A stretch of 64,000 nt of DNA. Origin: Octopus bimaculoides. Taxonomy: Eukaryota. The notes beneath the pieces are model-generated. The model was not told where the DNA came from. It searched no databases and worked only from the letters and a program-made list of their open reading frames with translations. The stretch is taken from contig NC_068983.1 of assembly GCF_001194135.2 (NCBI RefSeq), positions 89,928,385 through 89,992,384 on the forward strand, read 5' to 3'. The first letter of the stretch is position 1. The number at the start of each line of letters is the position of its first letter. Made by a program: the position numbers and the translations under genes. Of the stretch, positions 1 to 14,009 are shown piece after piece.

Positions 1-350
1 TCTTCAGTTATAGAGTTAGATTTATCAAGGTCTTCAGTGGAAAATCTTTCGAATTTTGACTCGCTGCTTCACAGAATGAAATTCGTATTCATTTTTTGTC
101 AGAATTACAAATTTTTAAAACACGCGAGGAAAAAATTTGGAAAAAAATTTCACAAAATTAAAATTACATATTGATCGTTGTACAAAACTGTAGCTGAACT
201 GTTTATGCAGTATAATCATGTGTTTTCACGAATGTACTAACGAGATTTGCTCTGATATTCTCATTTAAATATGAATGTGATTATGGGCGGTTTTGGGTGG
301 CTTGGTCACATGAACCCAAATTTTTTTTGGGCGGTTTGGTAATGAACGGG
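1..350 (-). mobile_element. piggyBac-like element, left end (runs off window start)
   Basis: Ends ...GGTAATGAACGGG|TTAA (TTAA 351-354). Positions 1-350 are a close reverse complement of 16813-17158, which is TTAA/TIR-bounded. Confidence 0.85.
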
Positions 351-354
351 TTAA

Positions 355-453
355 AATATGAGTAGGTTATTACAGCTGTTTTGGGACAGTTTAGTAAAAT
401 TAACCAAACTTTTTCTCTGGCAGTTTTGGGCTGTTTGGTAATGAAAGGGTCAA
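355..453 (-). mobile_element. Older piggyBac left-end remnant interrupted by the 1-350 copy
   Basis: Degenerate repeat of the same terminal ~100 bp (…ttttgggctgtttggtaatgaaagggtcaa), resuming right after the TTAA. Confidence 0.6.
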
Positions 454-788
454 ACAGTTCTCTCATTTTTAGATTTTATCTGTCTACCCTAGTGAGCTGC
501 TTGGTTTTTTATTCAACATTCACTCTTCAAATGCATTAATGTAATCTATTGCTGTCTCCTCCTCTAAACATAGACCAATTCTTTTGGCACCTAGTTGTTT
601 CCTCAACCATCTACATTTTGTGTTTTTTACAATTGATGTTGCCCATTCAAAAAAGTCAGCTAGTTGCACTTGCTATATATTTACCTTTTCTGCCTAATCC
701 AGCACAGTCATCTACTATACCTCTGTCACAAATTCAGCTTCATGTTCAGCAAATTACTGATAGATTCTTTTCTTCTACTTGAATTTAG

Positions 789-875
789 GTAATGGTGCTC
801 GCTACAAGTCTGGGAATGCTGGTTGTAATGTAAGGAATGCATCTCGATTTAATGTCAGTTCATGTAAAGGTTCAG
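789..875 (+). CDS. DDX4: vasa putative N-terminal exon (GNGARYKSGNAGCNVRNASRFNVSSCKGS)
   Basis: tttag| acceptor, |gtaaag donor, 87 nt, phase 1-1, open Gly/Asn/Ser-rich frame compatible with the 2045 exon. No homology support. Confidence 0.5.
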
Positions 876-1228
876 GTAAAGATTTTTTATGCTATTTCTA
901 ATTTGCTTTGATAAAAATTTTGTAGTCTAATCATATTAGTATTTAATTGTGGAATCTAATGTATTTCTCAGGTTTCACAGTGACCCAGTTGGTCTACTAC
1001 CACTATTTTACTAATGAAAATGTATGTAATTGTTGGAGCATTGGCATATTGAGTACAAATTGTAATTTAGATTATTCAAGATTCAAACTATATTTGCAGC
1101 CAACTGAACAATACTGTTGTTTTCACTGTAGACTGAATAAAAGTTGTTCTAAAAGGGCTAAAATGCATTTAAAACCAACCAAAACTTTCTGCTTTGAATT
1201 AAGATATCTAAATTGTTTCATTTCATAG

Positions 1229-1267
1229 ATGCATTTGATAAAGTGCCTGACCATATGACATTAGGAG
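1229..1267 (+). CDS. DDX4: vasa putative mini-exon (DAFDKVPDHMTLG)
   Basis: tttcatag| acceptor, G|gtaaga donor, 39 nt, phase 1-1, open. Confidence 0.45.
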
Positions 1268-2044
1268 GTAAGAGATGCTTGTATTTTCATTATTATATCA
1301 AATGCATTAATTTACTAGAAGTTGTATTGCATATATTTTGTTATAAATATTTGTATTGCTTAAACTTAAATTTTACTCATATGACTGTTTCATATGTGCA
1401 GCCGTACTTGCAGTCTGGCTTGGTGTTGAGTCACTTGGAACTTCAATGTGTATGAAATGTTCCCTATCCTCGTAATCACATGATTAAATGTATTTTCGCA
1501 ATTAACTGAGAAAAAATCATGCTGGTTTGAACAGTTACCAATTAGGAGAATCATTCAGGGGTATGTGACTGAGTATCTTATCTCGAGAGGTAAATTGCCT
1601 TAACAACTATCAATTTATTTCAACCATTATACTTTTTGTTATGCATGAAGTAACTTGGTGTTAATACAACAATTTGGTGAGGGACGTCAGTTAGAATGGT
1701 ATACTGCACAATATTTTACTTTTCAACTATTTCTAAGGTTGGCACTGTTATTGACACATCTCACTTCATGTATTTTCACAAGTTCAAAACTTTTTTAGGT
1801 AAGTCTTAACTTTGTTAGGATTGACTAAATAAATACCTGATGGACAAAACCGACTTTGTCAGGCCTCTTCCTCTTAGAAAGTATTTCCCTGGGTTTAATG
1901 CTCTAAGTTCAAGAATTTGTGGTTCAGGAACAAATATAGAATAACTAATAAAATGATGATTATTGGGTTTGATTATAAGATTTAATTAATTCGCAGCTCA
2001 GTAGGTATGTAATATAAATGTATGCTTCTGAATATTTTCTCAAG

Positions 2045-2349
2045 ATGCTCAAGGTGGTGAAGCTCCATACATCCCACCTCCACCACCAGAAGATGAGAGT
2101 GCAATCTTTCAGTCCATTCCAACGGGTATCAATTTTGCTAAGTATGATGATATTCCAGTCGAAATTTCTGGGCGAGCTGCTCCAAACGGTTTGGTTGATT
2201 TTGAAGAAGCCCAATTCCAGCAAAAGATAATGGAAAACATTTATCGTGCCAAATTTGAGAAACCAACTCCGATCCAGAAAAATGCCATTCCAATTATACA
2301 AGCTGGTCGTGATCTAATGGCCTGTGCCCAGACTGGCTCCGGTAAAACA
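2045..2349 (+). CDS. DDX4: vasa exon: YIPPPPPEDE..IFQSIPTGINF.KYDDIPVE, Q motif, motif I (AQTGSGKT)
   Basis: Vasa-typical pre-helicase segment; KPTPIQ and AQTGSGKT; ttctcaag| and |gtaagt. Confidence 0.95.
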
Positions 2350-2930
2350 GTAAGTAGTTCATTACATTTTCTTTTCATAGGATTGATTATCTCTAATTGA
2401 AGGAATAAGATCAATGTAATTAACACTGGAATCAAGCCATCTGCATCACATCTCAAAGATTTTAATTAAGGTTATCTCCCTCGTTTATTAGCACTTAAGT
2501 TTCTGATCGCTAATTGTATGGAGAATGTAATAAATTAGGGTTATATATAATCACAGTATGAAACATCCTTGCCTATTTAAAAAAAAAAATCTTGTATGTT
2601 TGTGTGTGTGTGTGTNNNNNNNNNNNNNNNNNNNNNNNNNNNNNNNNNNNNNNNNNNNNNNNNNNNNNNNNNNNNNNNNNNNNNNNNNNNNNNNNNNNNN
2701 NNNNNNNNNNNNNNNATATATATATATGTTTGTGTATGTAGTGTCAAAAATGCTCTCTTATCTGACATTCCTTTGTCATGTGTGGAAGGAGGTAAAATAT
2801 TCAGATTTCAAAAACAAATTCGCAATATAAAAATATTTCATGTTAATTCACATAAAAGTGTAAAAAAATAAAGAGCTAGTAACTCAATGTTTCTATTTTG
2901 TATTTGTTTTATTTTTTCTTGTCCTTCCAG

Positions 2931-3215
2931 GCTGCTTTCCTATTACCAGTATTAACATTGTTATTACAAAGAGGTGTAAAAAGATGTGAACAAAATCTTC
3001 CACAATACCCTGAAATTTTGATTGTTGCCCCTACTCGTGAACTTGCTGTGCAGATATTTATGGACACTCGCAAATTTGCCTATGGGACAAGCATACGATC
3101 TGCTGTTGTCTATGGTGGTACATCAGTTTCAAGCCAGATAAAAAATATTTCTTTTGGAGTTCATGTGTTAGTTGGAACTCCAGGTCGTCTACTTGATTTT
3201 ATTCATAAAAATACA
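2931..3215 (+). CDS. DDX4: vasa exon: motifs Ia (PTRELA), GG, Ib (TPGRLLDF)
   Basis: ttccag| and |gtaaga, 285 nt, phase 0-0. Confidence 0.95.
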
Positions 3216-3717
3216 GTAAGAAATTTGATAAATTACTTTTGGTGTATTTGTAAATCACACTTTGCATTAACATACTCTTAAGTCACCTGACTATGCCCAC
3301 CTTCGTTTACATTGCAACAATGTCAGTATGGTAGAAAGGTTATTCAGCTATAGGGTCTTCAAAGCATATAGATTATTTCATATGCTTAGAGATTTGAGAG
3401 CACATTCATGTGCTCCAGTGCCTCAGTTTAGTGAACTATAATGGTGTTGTTATCCATACTTACATGGACGTGAGTGTAAATATAAATTTTTAAGACAGGG
3501 AACGAAGCTTAATTCTTGTATGGTGATGACATTGAATTTATGGTTCCCTCTGTGAATGCATGAGTTAATAGTAATTCAGTGGGATCACTGTTTTAAAACC
3601 AATTATTTTATGACTCCCTAAATCTGAAATCTCTCAAAAAAAACTCCATATTGTAAAGATGTGTTACTTGGATTACTTCCTAGAAAAGTGAAAGCATGCT
3701 GTTATTTTAAAGCAGCA

Positions 3718-5449
3718 GCATTTAACCAAATAAAACCCTTGTGTTTCAATTAAATTTAAATATAAGCATGAATCTAGACTGGTTTCATAAGTTTGTTGCA
3801 TAATTTTTCTCTCAAAGTATCTCTAGAGGTAAAAACAAGTAAATATAAAATTATTTCAATTTTGTTTTAACATCAAAGAAAATGAGTTAATTGGGTATAC
3901 AACAAAATTTTAAAATCAGAATTGTGCACATTACTAGATTATCAGTTGAAATTAAATGCATATTAGATATGTAGCAATAAATATAAAAGAATACTGGAAT
4001 TTATCTTTGAAGAAAACTAGAAAATGAAATACACATACAAGTAACTAAATGAAATACATTCATACATATACATAATTATTCACTGTGCAAATTGATCAAA
4101 AGTTGTCTTTTACTTTATAGGCAAGTTAAAATTACAGGTAAATGAAAAATAAAGAGGTAAACTTGAAAAAAAAAAAAAAAAAAAAATCCTGTATAAACAA
4201 ACATCATGGCATCTTGTAAATCACTCCACTTTACATAATGCAATTTTGCAGAGTATACATTGGAAACTTGTTTTAATGACCTGTCTACTGAGAGCTGTTC
4301 TTTTTTGATGATGGTATTCATGGCACTACCTTTTGTGACCTTCAATTTTCTCTAATTTATGGAGATAAGCTGAAATCATTGGGATATCCTCCTAGCAGGG
4401 TTTGGTTTCTCCTAACAGTTATTATTTATTATTTTTTTTTAAAGAAAAACCAGCTCTCAACTGCGTGGCTATATCTGATTGGAACTGCAGACGGTTACAT
4501 CACCTTCTAGCCCCTCCCTGATTTGTTAATATAGTATAAATGCATTAACTATTATCAGGTTCACTATATACCACACCTTGTATCACCACTACTTAGTACC
4601 TGGTCTAACGACTAGGTAGTAGCTGATCAAGTTCAATTGATGTACTTTTTATAATCGAGGTTCACAAATGGGGTGCCATTTTCATCCATGTGGTTGTGCA
4701 CAGGTAGATAGAAAATTGATTTGTCTCTTGTCTCTGTATGCAGTCACGAGCAAATTTCTTTTATGCTGTTGGATTAATTTTTTTTTTTTTTAATATCTGA
4801 TGACATCCCTTTCCTACTTGTTACAACTATAGCACATGTATGTGTTGCCACAGCTTCTAAGCCAACTAGGAGGAAAAATTTTTTAAAATAGTCTATTGGT
4901 TTTGCCTCTTGGGAGAGACTGTGACAAGGTCCAGTTTCTTCAGAAAAAATTTGTAAGAGAAATTTTTTAGACATTTGTTGCACTTGCTTACAAATTCATT
5001 TGCTTTGTTGCTGTGTGAGTTTTTTGTCTGAATTGCTTTTACTTTCAGAAATGGAAATCTCTATTCCTTTTCACAAACATGGTTTTGTGTTTGCTGAATA
5101 TTTTGTTTGACTCTTCCATATCTTTGGTTGATAACTTTCAAATTCCGGTTCACTTCTTGACAACATAAAATCTGTTATCCTTTGTCAGTATTAAATATTT
5201 TCAAAGCAACGACGAAAAAAATGTGGTAAAAGATCTCCAAAAATTCACAGAGGTCAGATATCACACAAAATAATGTTGGATACTGTAACTCAATTGTGTA
5301 TGTAGTGAAATCAGGTTTGCGTGAATGAACTAAGGGAATTTGCACTGAAATTCTCATTTAAATATGAATAGATCATTATGGTTTAATTTGGGTGGCTTGG
5401 TATCATTTGCCATTTTAATTCTCGAGTGGGTTGGTATTGAAAAGGTTAA
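3718..5449 (-). mobile_element. Older non-autonomous piggyBac-family copy in vasa intron
   Basis: 3720-3910 resembles the reverse complement of the 18001-18300 right end; 5190-5449 resembles the left end, finishing aaagg|TTAA. Left boundary approximate. Confidence 0.6.
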
Positions 5450-5689
5450 ATTTAATATGTACTCCTACATTACACCATTCAGTTGAAAACTTAATGAATA
5501 TCTTAAGCAGCCATTATTGTTTGTATCCTGAGGCTCTAAGCCATTTAAGAATCCTTTATGAGAAATGTAATTTGTTGTCTTTAAACTTGACACTCATGAT
5601 GATGATGAATGTAAGGCCACTTCTGCTAACGATTTTGAAAATGTGCTTGTGAAGCTGTTAATCTTTCATATGTACATATATCATCATTA

Positions 5690-5880
5690 TATGTCTATTT
5701 CCTATACTGGCATGGGTTAGATGGTTTGACCTGAGCTTGGAGCCTGAGAGCTGCACCAAGCATGTGTTTTGGCTTGGTTTCTCTAAGTGGATGCCCTTCC
5801 TAACACCAGCTACTTTACACAGTATACTGGGTGCATTTTACACATCACTGGCATGGTTTCCCTTTAGGTGTCACTAGCAC
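5690..5880 (-). mobile_element. RTE LINE 3'-end fragment
   Basis: ggcatgggttagatggtttgac...ggatgcccttcctaacacc is the reverse complement of the RTE 3' UTR at 14860-15030. Confidence 0.65.
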
Positions 5881-6946
5881 TGAATACAATTTCACTTTGC
5901 TTGATGTCTTCTTAAGCACAGCAAATTGCCAGAAGTCTTGGTCACTAAGTAACCCCTCCTCCAGGACAGGCATTTGACAATGTTTATTTTCTGCATTTCC
6001 TAGTGTTTATTGTATATGCTTATCTACCACACACACAGACTACTTTCTTTATTAACCTTCCTCTGATACTGCTGCATTTCATGTGTCCATAGTTTGCACT
6101 CAGTACACCTTATGGGGTTTCTACCTGCACCTTTTTTACATGTCAAGCAGAGAAATCTCCCTGAAGAAATCAGTGATTTGTCTTCCTACTTAGTAGAACT
6201 TTGATTCCACTGTTGTGTCCTGGAGGACTATGATGAACAAGAGGGGGCTCAGAACTGATTCATTGCTATACTTGTTGCCATCGCCCATTTAGCATTGAAG
6301 ATTTCTCAAGGCAGTTTTTCATGCCTGGATGCCCTTCCTTGTTTTATAGAAAAGGTACTTTATTCCACATCACCTGGTGCTACAACATATTTTGTTTATG
6401 GGAGATATAGATGTCTTACAGTGTCATTGTGAAGGCACATACACATATGCTTGGTGAATTAAATTGCAAATAGACCTTTGAAAAATTTTAGCAAGCTCAA
6501 AATGAAATACTGCTAATAAGTGGGTGGAGTGGGAGAGCACTGAAGATAGGAAATGCTTTGTTTAATGATTTCTTGGATATTTGCACAAGACTTGTACTTT
6601 GCACTGCAGGTTGTCTGTCTAGGAAGGCAGTAATTATTATTAAGAACTTACTGGTGAGAAGGAATCTGATGCTGGTGGCATTATGAAGTGCACTCACTGC
6701 AAGATCTACACAAAACGACCCCCTCCCCATTTACTTTATTTTTTTATGCTGTGCTTGTCCAATCTATGCCTGTATGGAAAAATTGATATAAGATGTTTCA
6801 TTGTATTCCATAAAGGAACTTCTGTAGATTTCTTTGTCTTAAAAATGTGTTCATTTTCAATCTTTGTGTGTCTCCATGTATGAGACCATGAAAAGTACTG
6901 CTCTTTGTATATATTCAGTTTTTAAAATCTGAACTTTGTTATTTAG

Positions 6947-7256
6947 GTGAATATATCTCAAGTGAAACATTTCATACTGGATGAAGCAGATAGAATGTTA
7001 GATATGGGATTTGAGCCAGATATAAGGAGGTTAGTGGATGATCATGGAATGCCAGCAAAAACCCAAAGACAGACATTGATGTTCAGTGCTACATTTCCAG
7101 ACAAAATTCAAGAATTAGCTGCTGATTTTCTTAACGATTATTTGTTTCTCACTATTGGCTTGGTGGGTGGTGCATGTTCTGATGTGGAACAGATTCTCTT
7201 AAAAGTATCAAGGCAGGAAAAAAGAGAGAAATTGTGCAGTTTTTTAGATGAATTTG
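6947..7256 (+). CDS. DDX4: vasa exon: motif II (DEAD), III (SAT)
   Basis: FILDEADRMLDMGFEP..GMPAKTQRQTLMFSATFP; atttag| and G|gtaaga. Confidence 0.97.
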
Positions 7257-8265
7257 GTAAGAATTTTAACTTTTTCATGGTTACTGAAACAACAGTTTTC
7301 CATCTTTTTACATTTGATGTTCTGTACCTCACCTTGTCTTAATGTTATATTTATTCATTACACCATATAAGCATGTTTTGTTAGTGCAAAATGTAGTTAA
7401 TATTCTCATACTGTCAATTGTTTGGAAGAAATTGAGTGTGATGTGTAAGAATTACCACTGAAATGAGTTTACATTAGTTTCATGACCCTTCAGGTTGTTA
7501 TGAAATTCTTCATGTAAAGTATTTGTTTTGCAAGACCTGATCTTCGAACCTTTGGTTTAGTGAGTTATGGACAATAATAATAATGTTCTACTTGCATTGT
7601 CTGTTTAACATCTCCCTTTCTCTCTTCAATAAATTTTGTTAAATGCTATTAATATCAGCATCATAAGGCAGTCTGATAAGTTTCCAGTTTGCAATCTTTA
7701 ATATTTTCTTCAGTAGGACAGATTGAATTGTCATGGTTTGCAGCAAATGGTATATTGCCATTACAGACAAATGAATTGGCGTTGATGTAAAACAAAAGCA
7801 TGGCAAGACAGTTTGATGTTTTAATGGGAATAGTTACAGCAATTTTCTTGAGACAAGCTAATAAAATAAAAGGTCTGCATATAAAGCAGTCATCACTTGA
7901 TCATAAGTGCAGCCAAGGTTAACGTGGACATGACATCTAAAACCCCCATGCAATGAAGTTATCGCCATTTAACATGTCTTTTATGTTGGTATGAGTTGGA
8001 TGGCTCAACAGGAAGTAGCAAGTCAGAAGATTGCATCAATCTTCTTATGGCTGGATGCCTTTCCTAACACCAACCACTTTACTGTACTGGGAACTTGGTG
8101 TGAAAACAAGGTGCTAAGTTGCAACTGTTTACTTGACTAATAACTGAGATACCAGTAATGGAGTTGTCTGCTGCAAACATTTTAATGAGTGGGTTGTTAA
8201 CATGAAACCATAGGATAGTTTTGTGAGAACTGGTATTGAAAGATTAAAATTTTTCTTTTTTCAAG

Positions 8266-8365
8266 GTTCAGATAAAACCCTAGTCTTTGTGGAACAAAAG
8301 AGGAATGCAGACTTTTTAGCTTCCTACCTCTCACAAAATGATTACAAAACAACAAGTATTCATGG
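8266..8365 (+). CDS. DDX4: vasa exon: motif IV (TLVFVEQKRNADFLASYLSQ..TTSIHG)
   Basis: tttttcaag| and GG|gtaagt; phase 1-2 fits both neighbours. Too short for the ORF track; translated by hand. Confidence 0.93.
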
Positions 8366-9168
8366 GTAAGTATTGATATGTATTCTGAAGTGCTCTTAAG
8401 CTTCCCCAATTTAATTATAAGCTAGTTGATCTTAATATTTTCAATTAGAGGCCAGTTTGAATTCATATGTTGTCACTGAATTTGATCTACCTTTTTATTG
8501 TGCCCTTTCATCATTCCATCATGCCTTTCATCATTTCATCATTTCATCATACCATATACCTTATCCAATCATAAAACATTTTTCACCCTGTTTTAACTTC
8601 AACTGTAGCGAGGAAGTCAAAATTGTTATCAGTGATTATCAAGTGATTGTCATAACCTTCATTTTACATCAATTTTTCAATGCTTGTGTAGGTTAGACAG
8701 TCTTGACCAGTATCATACATTGCCAATTGTTGCAGCACTTACACATTGCATGTTGGTATAAGTTTACGTCTCATTCCTCTTATATATGGTTGCCCTCATT
8801 CCATGTGCTCTGTCATTCATGCATACTGCACTTTTAGCAATAAATTATATATCAGAATGACAATAGCTACATAGTCATAATTCTTGTTAGTTTGCCTTAT
8901 AAAAAGAAGAGTACATGTGAGAAGTGTTATATCAGAAAATCTAAATTGAGAATGAATTCCCTGACTTTTTTTTTGTGTGGTTTAAAGCAAGGAAAGTAGA
9001 AAATGTAAGATTATCATGAATTTTCTATTTTATTGCCAGTTTGGTAGACTAGTTAAGGGACCTTTGCACTTAATGCACTGCATTACATAAATTCCAAAGG
9101 GAACTTGTTAAAAGCTAAATTTATAAAAATATTTAAGGAAATTTAAAACCTGAATTTACTGTTCTTAA

Positions 9169-9716
<548 letters not shown>

Positions 9717-10581
9717 CTGATATTGAACATCTTTTATTGTTTTTGCTATATTGAAGTGATGTTTCATAAACAGTTTAACTCTGTGATGTGTTTAAAAAAG
9801 TTATTTAAATTTCGCTCTTACCAACCCTAACCCTTAACAGGGTTGAAGTGTGAGGAGATATGTTTAGAGATGGGGACTGTAGCAAGTAATGGCAAGAGAA
9901 ATTGGAGTGGATGGTGGTGAATTGGTGACTATGGTAAACAAAATTACTTACTGTTTCGTTACTAACCTGGCCAAAAATTTTCTTGGTTTATAAGACCAAC
10001 CTGGCCATAGCCGGCCATTGTTCTTTAACCCTTTAGTGTTCAGATTAATTTGTCAAATGTAATGCTTATCTGTTCACATTAATTTTGATTTATCCAGGTT
10101 CAAGTGGGATGTCCACAATATCTGCTTGTAACTTTGTTAATTTTCTACATACAGAATTGAAATTTTGTAAATGGGTGCTTATATGCCAGTGGTTTATAAT
10201 TACATAAGTTTAGCTGATCTTTCTGACTAAATTTGACTTTTATGGGCAGGTAAATTTAATTAACAGGTGTAAAAACAATAACATTAAGAATAAACACTAA
10301 AATTCATATTCTTAATACATCTTACCTGTTTGATTTGCTGCTAAAATTATCCCAGATGTCAACCGCCAACAATTTTACATTTTTCAAGATGAGGTACATT
10401 AATTTGAATTAATTAAAATACAGGTGTAATCGATAGAAGATTTTACTCTTTTTCTATATTTCATTCAAACGTTATCATTGAAAATAAAGTACAAAACTCT
10501 TTTACTAGTCAATATACCATTGGCTATGCACTCTTATACAATTTAACGAATTCATTTACGTAACAGAATGCATCTAATAAA

Positions 10582-10965
10582 AAAATAGAGGTGTCGGTGC
10601 TGATGGTAAAATGGTTGTGTAAGAGACCATACAACATCATGTCCCAATCCATTATATTTTTTCTCTGTGTAAACATCGAAGTTTACACAATATCCTGTCT
10701 CCGATTCACAAACTTCCCATACCTTGATCCCCTATTTAGTTGGTTTGGCAGGCATGTACTGCCGAAAATGTACTCTGCCCTTATAGCCTATCATGGCTTC
10801 ATCTACACTGAGATTTTTCCCAGGTTGATAAACAGTTTTATAATTATTTACAAGTAAATTGATTACAGAACGTACTTTGTACACGGGATTGTAGTTTGGG
10901 TCGTTTTTGTTAGGGGCATTAGCAGAATCAGTTAAATGTAAATACTGAGATATTTGTCTCAGAAC
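10582..10965 (-). pseudogene. piggyBac (DDE_Tnp_1_7 / PGBD-like) transposase fragment
   Basis: Manual minus-strand translation: ..YLHLTDS..YNPVYKVRSVI..YQPGKNLSVDEAMIGYKGRVHFRQYMPAKPTK*GIKVWEVCESETGY..; contains first catalytic Asp (SVDE) and an in-frame stop where Trp is expected. Confidence 0.85.
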
Positions 10966-13008
10966 AAAAATAAATTCAGTGAAACGTGAAGTTATTTCAG
11001 TTTTGCTTAAATGTTACCATAAAAAATGAGTTATCAGCTAATTTTAATATAGAAGAATTGCGTACATTATTGAATTTTCAATTGAACTTAAATGCATATA
11101 AAGCAGATGTTCCATAAAGATAAAGCAGAAACACTGGAATTTATCTTTAAAGAAAACTGCTAAATGAAATTCATATCTTTGCAACAAAATGGAATAATTT
11201 CAAACACGTTTATAATTCACAAACATAAATTAGTCAACTGAATATTGACAAACTTCTATATGGAAATGTGTGAAACAAAATTTAGGAACTCTGTCATTGA
11301 TTTTTATCTGTAATTAGTTTCAAGACCTGGCATGGTTTTGAGAAAGCTGTTTAAAATCATGGTTTTATTTTGGAACTTAATTGAAATCCAGTGTTTTAAT
11401 TAGACTTAATAGTTATGAGTGTTAAGTGCATTGATGAAATCTTGATTTCTGATATCTTGCAGGGAGTATTTTTTAATGGTGACAAGATCTTAAAATGTTT
11501 TTATGTCTGTCACACAAGACATTTAGACTCATTAAAATTAGCTTTACTTCCATTTTACTGTTAGATAAGAGCAGTCCAATAAGATCTAGCTTGTCTATAT
11601 TAGCAGATAAGCTAGGTCCTTGATAATGTCACCCATCTTTGCCTGTATATCTATAAAATTTCATAATTTAAAAATTGTTTTGACAGAACATAGGGTTTCT
11701 AGGTCTCATTACTATCCCCTCAACAGAAATTACAAGAATCTCAGATGAAATTTTGGGTGTGCATCACTTCATTATTTAGCATTTGTATTCCATGTTGGCA
11801 TGGGCTTGACAAGATCTAGCATGTTAGAGGACTTAATCAAGCTGCAGTGTTTTGCTTTGAATCGTTTCTATGGCTGAATGCCCTTTCTAACACCAACAAC
11901 TCTACAGAATGTACTCAGAGTTTTTTCGTGTCAACGGCACTAGTGAGATTACGAGGTGACTTGCAAGACAAGATCTCTTGATCAAGAGGTATTAAGAGGT
12001 TGCATATGCTCGATGTTGAGAGGCAAGAGTATGAGAGAGGGATAGGAACAAGTCTTGTAGGGCAGAATACATGTCTACCCAGTTGGAAAGTGAGAGATAA
12101 TGATGATGTGTCATCCCCCAAATTAAAAGTGGGTATAATGATAGAGGCTCTAAGTTTGCATCGCCATCATCTCTATATTCCCTTTCTATAACCATCTGTT
12201 GCTCTTGCAATGAATGGCAAACAGAAGGGGGTCTGGTCACTGGTGAATATCAGTTTGGGGGGGAAGGTAGCGGATGTGATAAGTGGCAGTATAAAAAATG
12301 GGTGTAGTGAAGTGTGGAACAGAGGAGGGGTACTTGTGACAAGGATAGAGATCCAAGGTATGTAAGAGTGAATATAGAAAAAGATGGAGTGGGTGGGGGC
12401 AATGGTAAGTATGAGATGGTCTTAATAGTGGGATGATATGAATTATGTGGTATACATGGGGAGAGGGCTCCAGGGAATGGGAAACTGATTGCACAAAAAT
12501 GCAGGGAGTGAAATATATGTATTTCTGCTCTTGTATGATTACAATAATGGAAGCAACTAAGGTAGTGCTGCAGTTACCAGGGTGCTGGAAGGATGGGTAT
12601 TGGGAAATGGACTATGGGGACAACTTGGATGAAGGGACATGAAATCTACTGAGGACATTGTTGTCAAAATAGGCAGGTCTTCCTCAGGTACATTGAATTG
12701 CCAGTTGTCTTGGTTCTTTGCCAGTAGCATTCAATATCCTGAGGTTAGTTTTATCGAACACATCAAATAGAGCTCTTGACTTATCTCTTTGTGAAGCTGG
12801 TTTAATTTCAGTAACATCATTCTTGACATGTTGAAGCAGAGAAGCATCTTTCATCATTGTAGTAATAAAACTTCATTTTCTCTGCACCTTAATTGGTTCT
12901 AATTTTCATCTTTTCTTTCTGTGCATATCTTCAAGAGGAATTAAATATCAGTTCAGCTACACATTAAGGAAATTAAATAAATTTGATTTGCAGCTTCAAA
13001 ATAAATGT

Positions 13009-13232
13009 TTAACTCTTCAGCATTTAAACTGGCCACATCCAGCCCAAATATTCTACCTGTCTTACATTCAAACTCTTTAGATCCTGTCTGTTACACTTAC
13101 TCTATGATGTCATTTTAAAAATAATCACATCAAAATTTTGAAACCATCAAAATTATAATGCATCATGATTAATTCAAAACGATGTGAATAAATTAGCACT
13201 AAATTTTACAGTAATCTGAATACTAAAGGATT
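13009..13232. mobile_element. TTAA-type MITE
   Basis: ttaactcttcagcatttaaac ... ctgaatactaaaggattag; same family as 9514-9716 in opposite orientation. Confidence 0.55.
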
Positions 13233-14009
13233 AGTCTTTCATTTTTTAACATCCATTTTTTTCTGTAATTGTTTGGGCCCAATGGAATTTGCCGAGGCAG
13301 ATTTTCTCCCTCTGAATGCCTTTCCTGTTTCCAAGTAAGGTAATATTTCTGCATGTTTTCTCAAAAAAGAGGTACTTGCTTGATCATAATACTTGTTTAT
13401 AACTATATCATGATGTCAAGATAAGGAAAAACATAGACACATATTTGTGATTGTTTTTTTCATACTGTAGGATTGAACTGAAGACCATGTTGTTAAAGAA
13501 CTTATAAAGCTATGCCTACCTTCTTTGTTTTAGTGAAATAGAATGCAACAAATTTCGTCATCTTGGAAGAGTTGTTATACCAGTAATAAACACATGCACT
13601 GGTTCAATTTCATTTCTTTGTCAGTTGGTTAGCTAATTAACCAACCAACTAATCGATTGTGTGATTAATTTATTCATATGGTTAATCAATCATTTGTGTT
13701 TGTCAGTCTTTTTGTCACTATATCTTCAGTGACATGCTCTTTCCCTTCAGATTTGTCTCTTATTATTGGTATAATGACTTTTGCAAGGTATACAATTCAG
13801 TGACAAATTATAATAATATTGACTATTTTAATTGAATGCTCTTTGTCCTCGTCTTATGACTGGTATGAACTTTACATTTTGAACTAGAGAAAGTCTCAGC
13901 TGGGTTGGTATCAAAAAGGTTAATGGCTTTTGGTGATGGTTTTGAGCAACATCAGCGATATTTGAATTTGTTCAATCAATTTGTTTTTGTATTAAAAAGT
14001 TTTCATATC

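Noticed and set aside
1022-1170. Degenerate zinc knuckles in ORF 947-1228 (CNCWSIGILSTNC; CFHC)
   Set aside because: His ligand absent and first-Cys spacing wrong; the frame stops at the next acceptor and cannot be spliced in phase. Probably chance in an AT-rich intron.
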